DNA from: Chrysomallon squamiferum
Taxonomy: Eukaryota; Animalia; Mollusca
Reading direction: 5' to 3'
DNA length: 64,000 bases
Assembly (NCBI GenBank): GCA_012295275.1
Contig: CM022668.1
Coordinates: forward strand, 5,642,001-5,706,000
Both the position numbers and the translations under genes were made by a program. The notes under the pieces were generated by a model. The model saw nothing but the letters and a program-made list of their open reading frames with translations, had not been told where the DNA came from and ran no database searches. Positions 1-17,920 of the stretch are shown here, piece after piece; the first letter of the stretch is position 1; each line of letters starts with the position of its first letter.

Positions 1-429
1 GAGATTCTTGTTATCGCGAGGTTGGTAGTGTCTACGAATTAATAGTTAAAAATTCCTGTTTTTATAGTTAACTCGTGTTTTTGCGAATAAATGATCTAAA
101 AAGTATTTTCTATATCTAAATGTTATTTTGTTTGAACGATCTATGTCGCCGTTAATAAGAATTCATTAGAATAAAACAAAACTGTTACAGAACATTTGAA
201 CGCCGCCATTTTACCCAGTCTCAACTGTAGTTATGACGTCAAAACGTGCATGACAGACTTACTTGAGGTTCTTTCGCCTGTCATGCGATAGTGCTTCACA
301 ACAGCTTGCTCTGATTAGCACGTTAATTTTTTTCAAGGTTCACGGTCATACGATGTCTCATTACTAATGATACAATGAAGGAGTATCTGTTTTAGCTACA
401 TCTATATGAATATGTGTGCTGCTGTGTCC

Positions 430-496
<67 letters not shown>

Positions 497-799
497 GAAC
501 AGTATACTAAAAGAACGTTAATTATGCTGGTAACCAAAAATCATAAACAGATTACATACGAACCATTTGCTATTTGTAATTTTCTTCTTTTTTTTTTTTT
601 TTTTTTTAATATTGATTATTTATTTGTTGTTGCAATTATTTTCGCTGTGTTTCTTTTTTCCAGACTTCTAATCATTATCAAAACAAAGAAAGAGAAAAGA
701 ATTTTGTATTCTGCCTCTTCTACTTCTTCTTCCCCACTGAAGATAAATGTATCTGACAACGTGTTGGAATTCGACAATGAGTTTGAAACAGATTACTAA
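1..799 (+). CDS. 3' end (partial) of a third D8C-EGF-TM family paralog (gene C): end of TM exon 1-20 plus terminal exon 664-799
   Basis: 1-20 reads GAG ATT CTT GTT ATC GCG AG|gttggt (EILVIA-R), matching the gene B TM exon end (GLVIA-R|gt) in sequence and phase 2. A polypyrimidine acceptor ttttttccag at 663 opens R-LLIIIKTKKEKRILYSASSTSSSPLKINVSDNVLEFDNEFETDY*, the same R-L-L/I junction as genes A and B. AATAAA at 904-909. Confidence 0.65.
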
Positions 800-809
800 A
801 ATCTCCTTC

Positions 810-880
<71 letters not shown>

Positions 881-1180
881 TCATGGAAAATTGTTTTTGA
901 TTCAATAAACGAATTTATCAGCAAACTGATATTTTGTATTACAATCAGTAGCAAAGAAGTTAGCAAGAATAATTATGAAATTTATAACAAACAAACCAAA
1001 AAAAAAAAAAATGTCATAATTTTAAAACTGGGTCTGCCATTTTTCTTTTCTGTAGAATTGACGTCACTGCATACAGAGAAATCGTTAACTACACAACAAA
1101 GTACGGGTACAAATAATACCGTTAGAAAACGTATGGCTATCTAAGTATCACAATAAAATAAAATAAAATTATACTCTTAC

Positions 1181-1233
1181 AAAACACCTGGTTATTGGGC
1201 GCTGCCATTTTTCTGTAGTCGTTGCCTAGAAAC
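1181..1233 (-). promoter_or_regulatory. Candidate first exon/promoter of a minus-strand gene running off the left edge (RFX X-box-like site, YY1/ATG, donor)
   Basis: GTTGCCTAGAAAC at 1221-1233. Minus strand reads aaaaATG GCA GCG CCC AAT AAC CAG GTG TTT T|gtaaga (1208-1181). No downstream exon identified in the window. Confidence 0.3.
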
Positions 1234-1489
1234 AAATCGTCACCGCTATAATAAGACATTTTAAAAAAAAATAAGTAGAAAAACAGGGATCTCTGAGCGA
1301 TGCTTTATTTATTTATTTATTTATTTATTTATTTTGTTGTTGTTTTTGTTGCATAGAAAAAAAAAGCATCACAATATTTTAAGAATTTGTTTTAATTAAT
1401 ATTTTTTTTTGTTTTTTTTCATTCTGTTTTCCTTTTTTTTTTTTAAATTATTATTTCATTTATTTTATTTGTTTATTTATTTATTTATT

Positions 1490-1539
<50 letters not shown>

Positions 1540-1672
1540 ATCAATAGCAAATAACTAAATAAAACAAGCTACAACCTTACTAAGAAGGCGTACAAAAGAT
1601 ACACAAACAACACGAACTGAAAATACGAGATCAACACATTTATTACGGGACTTGTTTCTAGCATAGCGCCAC

Positions 1673-1817
1673 CTACAGTCGGTCTCCCTCCCGACTCTGC
1701 GCAGTGAACGACAGCAACGACTCGGACACGGATTTTGACATCGGCGTTCCTTCGTAACTACTTTCAGACGTCGACATTTTTGCCATATTCATCTTTTCAC
1801 GCAGACGTTGTAGCAGT
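1673..1817 (-). CDS. Gene A exon 9 (cytoplasmic tail, stop)
   Basis: [48 protein letters not shown]; AATAAA about 30 nt after the stop. Confidence 0.8.
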
Positions 1818-1883
1818 CTTTTTAATTAGAACACGAAAAAGTACAATATCAACAGTAATAATAATAATAATAATAGTCAACAG

Positions 1884-1914
<31 letters not shown>

Positions 1915-2000
1915 TAATAAGTAATAATAATAATAATAATAATCAAATAATAATAATACTAGTAGTAGTAATAATAATAATAATAATAATAATATCAACA

Positions 2001-2048
<48 letters not shown>

Positions 2049-3182
2049 TCAATAGTAATAATAATACTAGTAGTAATAATAATAATAATAAGTAACAATA
2101 ATAATAATAATAGTAGTAATAATATCAATAATAATAATAAGAAGAAGAAGAATATAATAAATATTTTTTATTATTATTATTAATAACAATAATAAAATTA
2201 AAGATAATAGCAGCAACGTTTATAGAAATTCTTCTTCTTCTTCTTCTTCTTATTATTATCATAATCATAAAATTATTAATATTTATTTATTTATTTATTT
2301 CTATTATTAAATTGATTAATGTGGTACATAACATTCTTACCTGAAAATGATAAAGAGAGCAACAGACAAGAACATCAGACATATTGTTGTAAGAGCAGCC
2401 AACACACCTACATTATCTGACACCACTAACATAATAACAACAACAATAAAATATCAATAAATAACAATAATAATAATAGTAATAATAATAATAATAATAG
2501 TAATAATAATAATAATATAATAATAATAATAATAAAATATTAAACTAGAAAAATAACAAAAAGGTATAATTATGAAGAATTTCAATATTTTTTCATTTAT
2601 TAGATTTGTTTCATTTTATTCTTAATGTTACTTTTATTTTATTACATTTAATTTGATATAGTATTGTTAATTTATTTATTTGTCTGACTCTCTGTTTGAC
2701 TGTCTGACTGTCTGTTTGTTTATAGAAATCTCACCTGATTCACACAGCTCCCCTGTGAAACCCTTCTTACACTTACACATAAACTTGTGAACAGCATTAA
2801 TACACCTCCCCGAATTCAGACAGGTCACTCTGGAGCAAAAATCTACAACTTAAATCAGAAAAAACCCAATTAATAACAGACAGACAGATAGACACAAACA
2901 CAGATAGACAGATAGATAGACAGACAGACCAACAGAGAGACAGATAGATATGAGACAGATGGAGAGATTGATACATATATATATTTAGATAGATAGATAA
3001 GGCAGACAGATAGATAGATATAAAGAGACAGATGGATAGACAGAAACAAAACAAAACAAAAAAACATTGTAGGTAGGTAGGTAGTTTAATTTACTGATAC
3101 ATAAACAGATATACAAACAGACACACAGAAGGACAAACAGATATCTACCTAGATGTCTAGATAGGTATTATCTGTTAAATAT

Positions 3183-3213
<31 letters not shown>

Positions 3214-3813
3214 TTTGTTTATTTATTTCTGTCTTCCTGTCTGCTTTGACCTTTAACCCTGTCACGTGACCTCTTGAACTACTGACCTTTGCCACAACGT
3301 CTTCCTGTGTATCCTGGTGCGCACTTGCAGGTGTAATTTGTCAAACCATACAAGCAGGTTCCAAAGTTTAGACATGGCCTAGTATTGCAAAGATAACTCT
3401 CTGAAAGTTATTTTATAATCGTTAAATAATATTTTAAATAATTTGAACACCATTCATACTGAAAATTACTCTGAGAAAAGAATTTCCATGTGTGTGTGTG
3501 TGTGTGTGTGATACATTGATATGTTGCATTTAATTTATCAAAAAAAATGAATGATTTACCTTTCACCTGAGCTTCAGATAAACAAATATGTTCTGCATAC
3601 TTCTAAATTATGTTTAATTATTTTATTATTTTAATTTTTTTTTCTAATTTTATTTATTGTTTGTATATATCTGTTTATGTGTGTGTGTTTGTTTGTGTTG
3701 TTGTATTCTTTTTGTTTTTTTTTTTCATTTTGACTTATTCAAAAAGCAGAATAAAGATTCATTTGTTTCCAATATCATCAAAAAAAAAGTTGACTAATAA
3801 CAAAATGCAAAAT

Positions 3814-3854
<41 letters not shown>

Positions 3855-4293
3855 CACACACACATAATTTCATACGATATATGTTTACAGAGCTTGAATA
3901 AATATTGCACAGAAGAACAAATAGAAAAAAGCAAGCTTCATAAATCATGCAGTGTGTTCAGTTTCTTTATTTTGAACACAACAGGTAGTTTAAGTTAGTA
4001 CTAAAGGCTCTGACATACTCACTGTCTTGACAAACAGTCCGTCCATCCAGTTTCAGACACATACAGGGGTTTATGCCTGACTGGTACTCACAGCTCACAG
4101 AACTCAGACATGAGTTATTGCCATAATGGTCATCAGAATAGTCTGATTAAATAAATAACTTTTTATTATCTATATACACATATACCTAGACACACACACA
4201 AACAAACACTCATATGTATACATAAATAAACACACACGGGATGTCTACCCATTTTCCCTGTCTTGTGTTTGTATACATTCAAATCAGTATACG

Positions 4294-4336
<43 letters not shown>

Positions 4337-4347
4337 GTATGTATGTG

Positions 4348-4379
<32 letters not shown>

Positions 4380-5629
4380 GCTATATATGAGAGTATATCA
4401 TTATATGTATCTGTGCATGCATTTCTTTCTACTATAAAAACATTTACCTAGACAGTAAGCTGATTCACTAGGTGGTTGTTCTAATTTGTACACCTGTAAT
4501 TAAGAATTTTAATACCTGTTTCATATTATCAGTTATAAAAAAAATAATATCAATAAAAACATAAAATAAAAAAATAAAAACCAACCATATACCCACTGAA
4601 ATTAACTGGAAAGGAATTAATTTCTGTAAGGATTAAAGTACCCTGTAATAAGGGGTGTATCTAAGGTGTGGCAAGTATGACATGTGCCCCAGGGGGCACC
4701 AGTGATTATTTCCTATTAAATCTGACTGGTGATTTTGAGTTGATTTAAAGCTATGTGAAAAATTTGTATCAAATGTGACTACCTGGGGATTATTTCTTAT
4801 CTATGATAAGGTGCAAAAAATACTCACTTTCTGCTAAATCAGTACAAAAAGTATTATAATTGTTTATGATTGTTTTATTTTTTATGACTGTCATTATGTA
4901 AATCTCACTGTTTGTGAATAGTTGTTAAATTTAAGGGTTTAGATAATATATGAATATTCATTCATCCATTGGTTCTTTCATTCATTTTTTTTCATTTATT
5001 CACTCATTTTTTCAATCATTCACTCAATTGTTAATTCATTCATTCACTAATTCATTCATTCATTTAACTATAGTTTGTTCTTTCTTTCATTTACTCATTC
5101 ATTCAGTCCTTTATTAACAATATGGGAATATTGACTTGTATAAAATTCATGCAAAAATGCAGTGTTGACAAGTCTACCTGTAAATGTTGACTAAACTGCC
5201 TTTATGTGTTGACAAACCTACCAGTAGACAATGGCAAACCTTCCTCTGTGTGTTGACAAAACAACCTCTATGTGTTGACAGACCTACCTGTAGATGTTGA
5301 CAGACCTACTTGTAGATGTTGACAGACCTACCTGTAGATGTTGACAGACCCACCTGTTCACTCAACAAACCTACGTGCTTATGCTGACACACCTACCTGT
5401 AGATGCTGACAGACCTACCTGTTAACTCAACAAACCTACGTGCTTATGCTGACAGACCTACCTGTATCTGTTGACAGACCTACCTGTAGATGTTGACAGA
5501 CCTACCTGGAGATGTTGACAGAAATACACAACAACACGAAGGCGTACACTGCATATGTCACTAGATGATGTCACGCATGCAGTAGCTTTGTAACCCTTTC
5601 CAGGCTGACCTTTTTCTGGAAGATCTGAG

Positions 5630-5677
<48 letters not shown>

Positions 5678-6484
5678 TTAATAACAATAACAATAATAAT
5701 AATAATGATGATGATGATGATGATGATGATGATAATGATAATGACAATAATAATTATGATAATAATAATGATGATAATGATAATGATGATGATGATGTTG
5801 GTAATACTAATTATAATAATGATAATAATAATTATAATCATAATGGTAATAGTAATAATAATAATAAAGATGATGATGATAATGGTAATGATAATAATAA
5901 TAATGATGATATAATAATAATGATAATGACAATAATAATAATTATTATGATAATAATAATGATGATAATGATAATGATGATGATGACATTGATAATAATA
6001 ATTATAATAATGATAATAATAATTATAATGATAATTGTAATAGTAGTAATAGTAATAAAGATGAGAATGATGATAACGATATAACGATAATGATAATAAT
6101 AATGATGATGATGATGATGGTAATAATGATAATGACAATAATAATAATAATTATGATAATAATAATGATAATAATAATGATGATAATAATAATGATGATG
6201 AAGATGATAATAATAATGATAATAATGATAATAATAATTATAATCATAATGGTAATAGTAGAATAGTAATAAAGATGATAATGATGATAATGATAATAAT
6301 AATAATAATATAATATAATAACAATAGCAACAAAAACAGTATAACATGACAGTGTTGTTCATTGTAATAAGTATCATCATCAATAGCATCAACATCATCA
6401 AAGCTATCGTATTTGTGTATTTTTAGGGGCAGTTAGCATCTGAAATAGGAAGTGCCATTATTTTTGTGTTTATCTTAATTTCTG

Positions 6485-6571
<87 letters not shown>

Positions 6572-6711
6572 TCACACACATACATATATATCTATATCTA
6601 TCTATATATATATATAGATATATACATATACATATATATACATATATATCTCTATCTATCTATATATACACAGATAGATAAATATAGATATATATGTGTG
6701 TGTATATATAT

Positions 6712-6750
<39 letters not shown>

Positions 6751-6957
6751 TATGTATATATCTGTCTATGTATCTGTTCATCCATCTATTTATATGTCTA
6801 TCTGTTCATCTGTTTATTTATCTTACTATCAGTCTCTTCGTCTATCTGTCCATCAGTTTATCTATGTATTTATACATCCATCCATTATTCCATCAATCAC
6901 TCTATCTAATCTATTTAATATATATATAGTATATGTATGTATATGTGTGTATCTGTG

Positions 6958-6996
<39 letters not shown>

Positions 6997-7388
6997 CTTG
7001 TAAGAAAATTCCAGTGTTACCATAAGAAAATAATAATAATAATAAATATTTAGGGTCCTGACCAGTGGAGTGAAAATGAAAGGGGTGTGGAGGTGGAGGG
7101 TGACAAGTTAGGTCGCCTCTAATGTTAAAGATGGCCCTTCACCTACCTTTCAGCCATATTGGAAAATATGTACCACAGCGCTGTGTGGGAACTGGCGTAT
7201 CCGCCATTTTAAAACCACGTGATCCATAAAATGACGTCGTTTTAATGTCGGTGTCAGACAGCGGAATTTCCGTCCATGGTCGAAAGACGTTGCGCATGTG
7301 ACGTCTACACAGACCGTTCAGTGGTTCGTAGTCCGTGCATGGATTCAAAGCTGCAGTGTCAACAGCGTTACAGACAAAAAATAATTAA

Positions 7389-7431
<43 letters not shown>

Positions 7432-7846
7432 TATTACTGTTGTTATTTTTTATTATGGTTATTATTAATTCTGAAATCAGTATTAGTCATATTAGAATTA
7501 TAATAATAATAATAATAATAAAAGTTGGAGTAGTAGTAATATTAATAGATGTTTTTGCTGTTGCTGTTATTGTTGTTGTTATAAATAAGTGCAACAATTA
7601 TTGATGATTTACTTATTTTGTTTAACTGTGATTACATAATTCATTTTTCTGTTATTCCGCAGAACTAACTGTTTATCCGTGAGAATTTCAGTTAGATTTT
7701 TTGTGAAAGATTCACAAGTTTAAAAATTAACTGAAAGTTCATGACGACATTTTTATAGCTGTTATAAAATAACAAAAAATTAACTTACCCAATGCAAAAA
7801 GAATGAAAAATGAAAATACAATAATCAGAATGTAAACTTTATACAT
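1673..7846 (-). CDS. Gene A: single-pass membrane protein with D8C-like (uromodulin/GP2/OIT3-type) domain and 3 EGF-like modules, 331 aa, 9 exons
   Basis: Exons 7846-7789, 7350-7147, 5624-5506, 4493-4448, 4142-4023, 3400-3287, 2848-2735, 2416-2341, 1817-1673. All GT-AG, phases consistent, total 996 nt. Signal [42 protein letters not shown], EGFs, [31 protein letters not shown] (minus) at 1639-1644. Confidence 0.88.
2341..2416 (-). CDS. Gene A exon 8 (transmembrane helix)
   Basis: [26 protein letters not shown]|gtaaga, phase 1-2. Confidence 0.85.
2735..2848 (-). CDS. Gene A exon 7 (EGF)
   Basis: [38 protein letters not shown], 114 nt, phase 1-1. Confidence 0.92.
3287..3400 (-). CDS. Gene A exon 6 (EGF)
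   Basis: [38 protein letters not shown], 114 nt, phase 1-1. Confidence 0.92.
4023..4142 (-). CDS. Gene A exon 5 (5-Cys EGF-like module)
   Basis: [40 protein letters not shown]|gtgagt, phase 1-1. Confidence 0.85.
4448..4493 (-). CDS. Gene A exon 4 (end of D8C-like domain)
   Basis: ttacag|[16 protein letters not shown]|gtaaat; aligns to gene B VYKMERTPTESAYCL. Confidence 0.88.
5162..5522 (-). repeat. 22-bp minisatellite (about 16 degenerate copies) derived from the gene A exon 3/intron 3 junction
   Basis: Unit (minus) TCTGTCAACATCTACAGGTAGG versus exon end TCTGTCAACATCTCCAG|GTAGG; copies decay away from the exon. Confidence 0.9.
5506..5624 (-). CDS. Gene A exon 3 (D8C-like)
   Basis: [40 protein letters not shown]|gtaggt; aligns to the first 119 nt of gene B exon 3. 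Confidence 0.88.
5630..6330. repeat. Compound (AAT/GAT)n microsatellite in gene A intron 2
   Basis: Continuous imperfect trinucleotide tract. Confidence 0.95.
7147..7350 (-). CDS. Gene A exon 2 (D8C-like, N-terminal half)
   Basis: ctgcag|..[16 protein letters not shown]...[10 protein letters not shown]|gtaggt; 204 nt, the same length as gene B exon 2. Confidence 0.9.
7789..7846 (-). CDS. Gene A exon 1 (signal peptide)
   Basis: ATG TAT AAA...GCA TTG G|gtaagt; [19 protein letters not shown]. Confidence 0.8.
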
Positions 7847-7962
7847 CTTCCATCGAAAAAGAAAGTTCGGGCCACTTTACGTCATCAGTTGAGATAAACA
7901 TAAGCATTCGTGACATTCCGACAAGTTACGAAAACTGACGAGATCAAGCCTAATTTAATAGC

Positions 7963-8021
<59 letters not shown>

Positions 8022-8117
8022 TAAACATCTATTACTATTCTGCCCTTTGGATCTAAAAGAATATTTTTTCTTTTATCAAGGAGGAAATTACCACAACATA
8101 ATTTATTGTTTTAAAAG

Positions 8118-8163
<46 letters not shown>

Positions 8164-8315
8164 GTATTATTATTATTATTACTATTATTGTTGTTGCTGC
8201 TGCTGCTCTGCTCTGTTGTTGTAGCTGCTTCTGCTGTTGTTGATGCTTTTTTGCTACCATAAGCAGTTTGTTTGTAAAGTATTTCTAAAGACACTTTAAT
8301 ATTATATTATCTAGT

Positions 8316-8346
<31 letters not shown>

Positions 8347-8519
8347 TTTTAAATTTATATTTGTATTTGTATTTTATTTTTCATTTACATTTAATTTCCA
8401 TTTCACCGGGGCACCTTCACTTCTAAAGCGTTACATAATCATATTTTGATGACGTAGTCTAACACGTCATTCGCAAAGAGGCGTTGTTAATGACGCCGAT
8501 TCAAAATAACGCTGCGAAG
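7847..8519. promoter_or_regulatory. Putative bidirectional promoter between genes A and B
   Basis: 673 bp between divergent ATGs. CpG-containing ends carry CRE/ATF-like motifs (TTACGTCA 7877-7884; TGACGT/ACGTCA half sites at about 8450-8470), separated by (AAT)n tracts. Confidence 0.65.
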
Positions 8520-14265
<5,746 letters not shown>

Positions 14266-15496
14266 AAGAAAAATGAAATAGAAAGAAAGAAAAGAGAAAG
14301 AGAGAGAGAAAAAAGGAAAACATTGAAAAGAAAAATTGGTGGTGGTGCTGGTGGTGTTGTTGTCGTCGTCGTTGTTGTTGTTTTTTGTTTTTTTCCCCCG
14401 TTCATTTATAAATAATAATAAAGAAAATAAGCATTTCTGTCTCCGCCGAAGATTGAGAAACGTGGTTAGAATTTCCATTTTTATCTCCCTTTATCCTATA
14501 TGATGTCTTTGAAGAAATCTTATTATTCTTAAAGTATATGTACATATTTACTAGTGCCAGTGTGTGTGTGTGTGTGTGTGTGTGTTACCGTGTTTATGCT
14601 ATAAGGATATATGTGTATTTGCTTAAATGCGCTTCTTATGTTTTGATTTTTTACATTACATAATCTTGTACAAAATTCAGTTTTTTAAATAATCTATTCA
14701 AAGTAACGGAAATAGAGTCGTAAAAGATATAAAAGGGGCATATTTATATTTTATTATTAATACTATTAAATTTGGTTACATATATAAATATATATATATA
14801 TATATACACACGTACAAACGTCTTTTTATATCAACATTCCTTTAGCTAATGAGCCTCGTTTTCTTAGAGAAAAAGAAAAATGGAATAATAATTGAAATGT
14901 CGAAGTTAGAATAATAATGACACAACGATTTAAAATTAATAAAGTAATATATCTAAAGAACCAAGTGTTGTTGTTAATAACCTACATTTACAGAAGAGTT
15001 TGTTACGAGTAATTTCATTGGCCGGTTCACTGAGTAAGGGATGCTATGATTGGTACGTTCTTTCTGAACTCAGTCAGTGACTCAAAGACTGATCAAACTT
15101 GGATTTCAGATACAATTTACTCAGGCGGGGCACTAGGAATTTACTGAGTTGAATGGTTTGATCCGCCTAAGAAACTGTTTCCGAGATACAGATTGCCTGA
15201 TTTCATAAATTACATTTAAAATAAATCTAAAACTACAAAATAAAGAAAAAATAAAACATCCCCCCCCAAAAAAAAAAATAAAAGAAAATAAAAAGAAAAA
15301 AAGAAAGAAAGAAAAGAAGCCATATCGCTATTCCAGAATAATAAATAAATAAATAAATAAATAAATAAATATAAAAACAAGTATTAAAATCGTAAATAAT
15401 AATAAAAATGAAGAAAACAATGCATTCACAGATAAATATTTAGTCACCTTTAATATAAAAAAGAAAGGAAAAATAATAATAAAAATAAAAAATAAA

Positions 15497-15610
<114 letters not shown>

Positions 15611-15851
15611 AAGAAGAAGAAAGTATATCAATACCAAACTATATCAGTGACGTCATTACTTAAACTTGTTTTTTTTTTTTTTGATGACTGAAACCAAATG
15701 CAAGCAAAATCTTCAAAGGAATATTAGTAATAATCATTCTTTAGCTATTCATTCATTCATTTTCTTTATGTTTCTTTTTTTTTTTTTTTTTTCATTCTTT
15801 CTTTAATTCTCTATTTATTGTTGTTGATGCTTTGGTTACTATTACTTCTAG

Positions 15852-15886
<35 letters not shown>

Positions 15887-16036
15887 GTAGTGCTATTAGT
15901 AGTTGTAGTAGTACTAATAGTAGTAGTATTATCATTCCTTCATACTTCATTTACTTCTGTTTTAATATCGTTTTATCCTGGGGACGAACGATAATTCGTA
16001 CCAGAGTTAATCTTCCCTGGATACGTTCCCTTTACG

Positions 16037-16073
<37 letters not shown>

Positions 16074-16410
16074 ATTATTATTATTATTTATTTATTTTTA
16101 CGTTTGTAGATACCTGTTAATATCGTATAGTTATGTATTTGAAATAAAAGACTGTGCATGGATCTGAAAGTTTCATTCGTACTTTTAAATTAATAATTCA
16201 TCTTTTTTTTATATTAATATCAAAAATATTTGTTTTTGTTTGTTTCGTTATTTTATATTTTTTATTATTATTTTTAATATCTTCTTCTTCGAAAATACGT
16301 ATGAAAATCGAATTCTCTGACTTCAGTATGATTTATCTGATTTTAGTTTGTGTATATTTGAACAACATATGCACATACGCATCTATGCACAAACAATAAA
16401 TACACGCGCT

Positions 16411-16559
16411 TGTGCGCACTTAACAGAAACACAAACACAAATGCACAGTTTATGATTTTCACGGTAACTTTAATGATAATATTGATGATCATAATGATTA
16501 TTGATCTACTATTATTACTATTATTATTTAATTATTGTTATTATTATCATCATCAACAA

Positions 16560-16608
<49 letters not shown>

Positions 16609-17030
16609 TATATAACTGAAACTTAGATGGCGATTTTAAACACAAATCTAAAACTAAAATTCAAATTTAGTTGCATTAATAAAAATAATAACAGTGCGCA
16701 TTTAACAGAAAATACCAAACACAAATGCACGGTTTATCATTTTCATAGTAACTTTAATGATAATGGTGATGATGATGATGATGATAATTAATACTTCTAC
16801 TACTACTACTACTACAACAACTACTACTTCTGCAATTATTATTGTATTTTTTGTTATTGTTATTAACATGATTATCATCATTCTTCATCTTCTTCTTATT
16901 ATCATCATCATCATCATCATTTATGTAATTGAAACTTAACTGCTGATTTTAAACAAAAATCTGAAATAATTATCGTTTTCACAACACTAAAATTTAGCTT
17001 CAGTTGCATTTATCAAATTAATAATAGTTA
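16411..17030. repeat. Diverged tandem duplication of a roughly 300-bp unit containing an internal microsatellite
   Basis: gtgcgca.ttaacagaaa...cacaaatgcac.gtttat.attttca..gtaactttaatgataat at 16412 and 16694; gaaactta...gattttaaac.aaatct recurs at about 16618 and 16931. Confidence 0.8.
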
Positions 17031-17199
17031 CATTAACCTACGGCAAACACAAACATATAAAAATAAAACAGCGATGTTCAATATTAAAGGAAAATCCTTA
17101 TTCTAAAAGTATATATAAATTTATTTATTTATTTATTAGGAAACTATTACAATAGGTTTAATTTAAAGGGTCCCAAAGCATATATTAGGCTATTAATTT

Positions 17200-17920
17200 C
17201 CGTACTTGAGCAGAACTATATGACCTATTTTGTCGCGCAAGTGTAAAGATGGACAGGTGTGATGAGGCCACTTTGATCTATTTTTAACTGACGTTTCACA
17301 TTGCGATTGCCAAGTGCGACAACTGCGTGCAGTGGACAGGTGGATACTGACGTCTGATTTAAAATTATAAATTGTACCTGTGTGAAAAGGTGAGTAACAT
17401 TTGTTTTTACCTGCAATGCTGCAGATTAAATCCATTTATATTTTGCATTAGCCGGGTACGATTATTTTTTTCTTCATTTTATTTTTATAATATATGTTTG
17501 TTTTTACCCTGACATCGTCCACAACCCGTTTTTCCAGGTAAACGCGAAACATGGCGAACTAAATACCTGTTTTTCCAGGTGCGAATGAATTGTCGCTGGC
17601 CGGCCGGTGACATTTTTTTATGTCGCCGCATTTTACAAATATGGGCTAACTCCAGTTTGATATCCGTGTTTTGACCGCAGTATTTTATCGTGATTAACCG
17701 AAATAAACCTGTTACTGCATTTTAATACGAATTCGGTATGCTGTTTAGTTTTGTTGCACTTATGCAACGTGTTACAGTGACAGTAATTTGAAACAGCCGA
17801 TCGCTTTTCTAAACTCTTGTACCTCGTGAAGTCGATACGCTCAGGAATAGACAGATGTCGAGAACATATTAAGATGACTGTCTTTATCAGCCGAGCCATT
17901 TCAATGGGATGACTGCTGCT
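17200..17920. promoter_or_regulatory. CpG-retaining promoter-like island with candidate non-coding first-exon donors
   Basis: Locally many CpGs, YY1-like AACATGGCG, donor AAG|GTGAGT at 17389/17390 and CAG|GTAAAC near 17537. CpGs become scarce downstream. Confidence 0.4.

Noticed and set aside
4585-4642. Extra minus-strand exon candidate ([16 protein letters not shown]) in gene A intron 3
   Set aside because: No counterpart in gene B, it ends out of phase, and exons 3+4 already sum exactly to the paralog exon length.
5630-6401. Long poly-Ile/His/Tyr/Met ORFs
   Set aside because: Translations of AAT/GAT repeats; only 5506-5624 is real coding sequence.
4650-7140. Short GC-rich patches at about 4650-4700 and 7050-7140 (the latter resembling about 39015-39090) as MITEs
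   Set aside because: No convincing paired TIRs or TSD; too degenerate to call.
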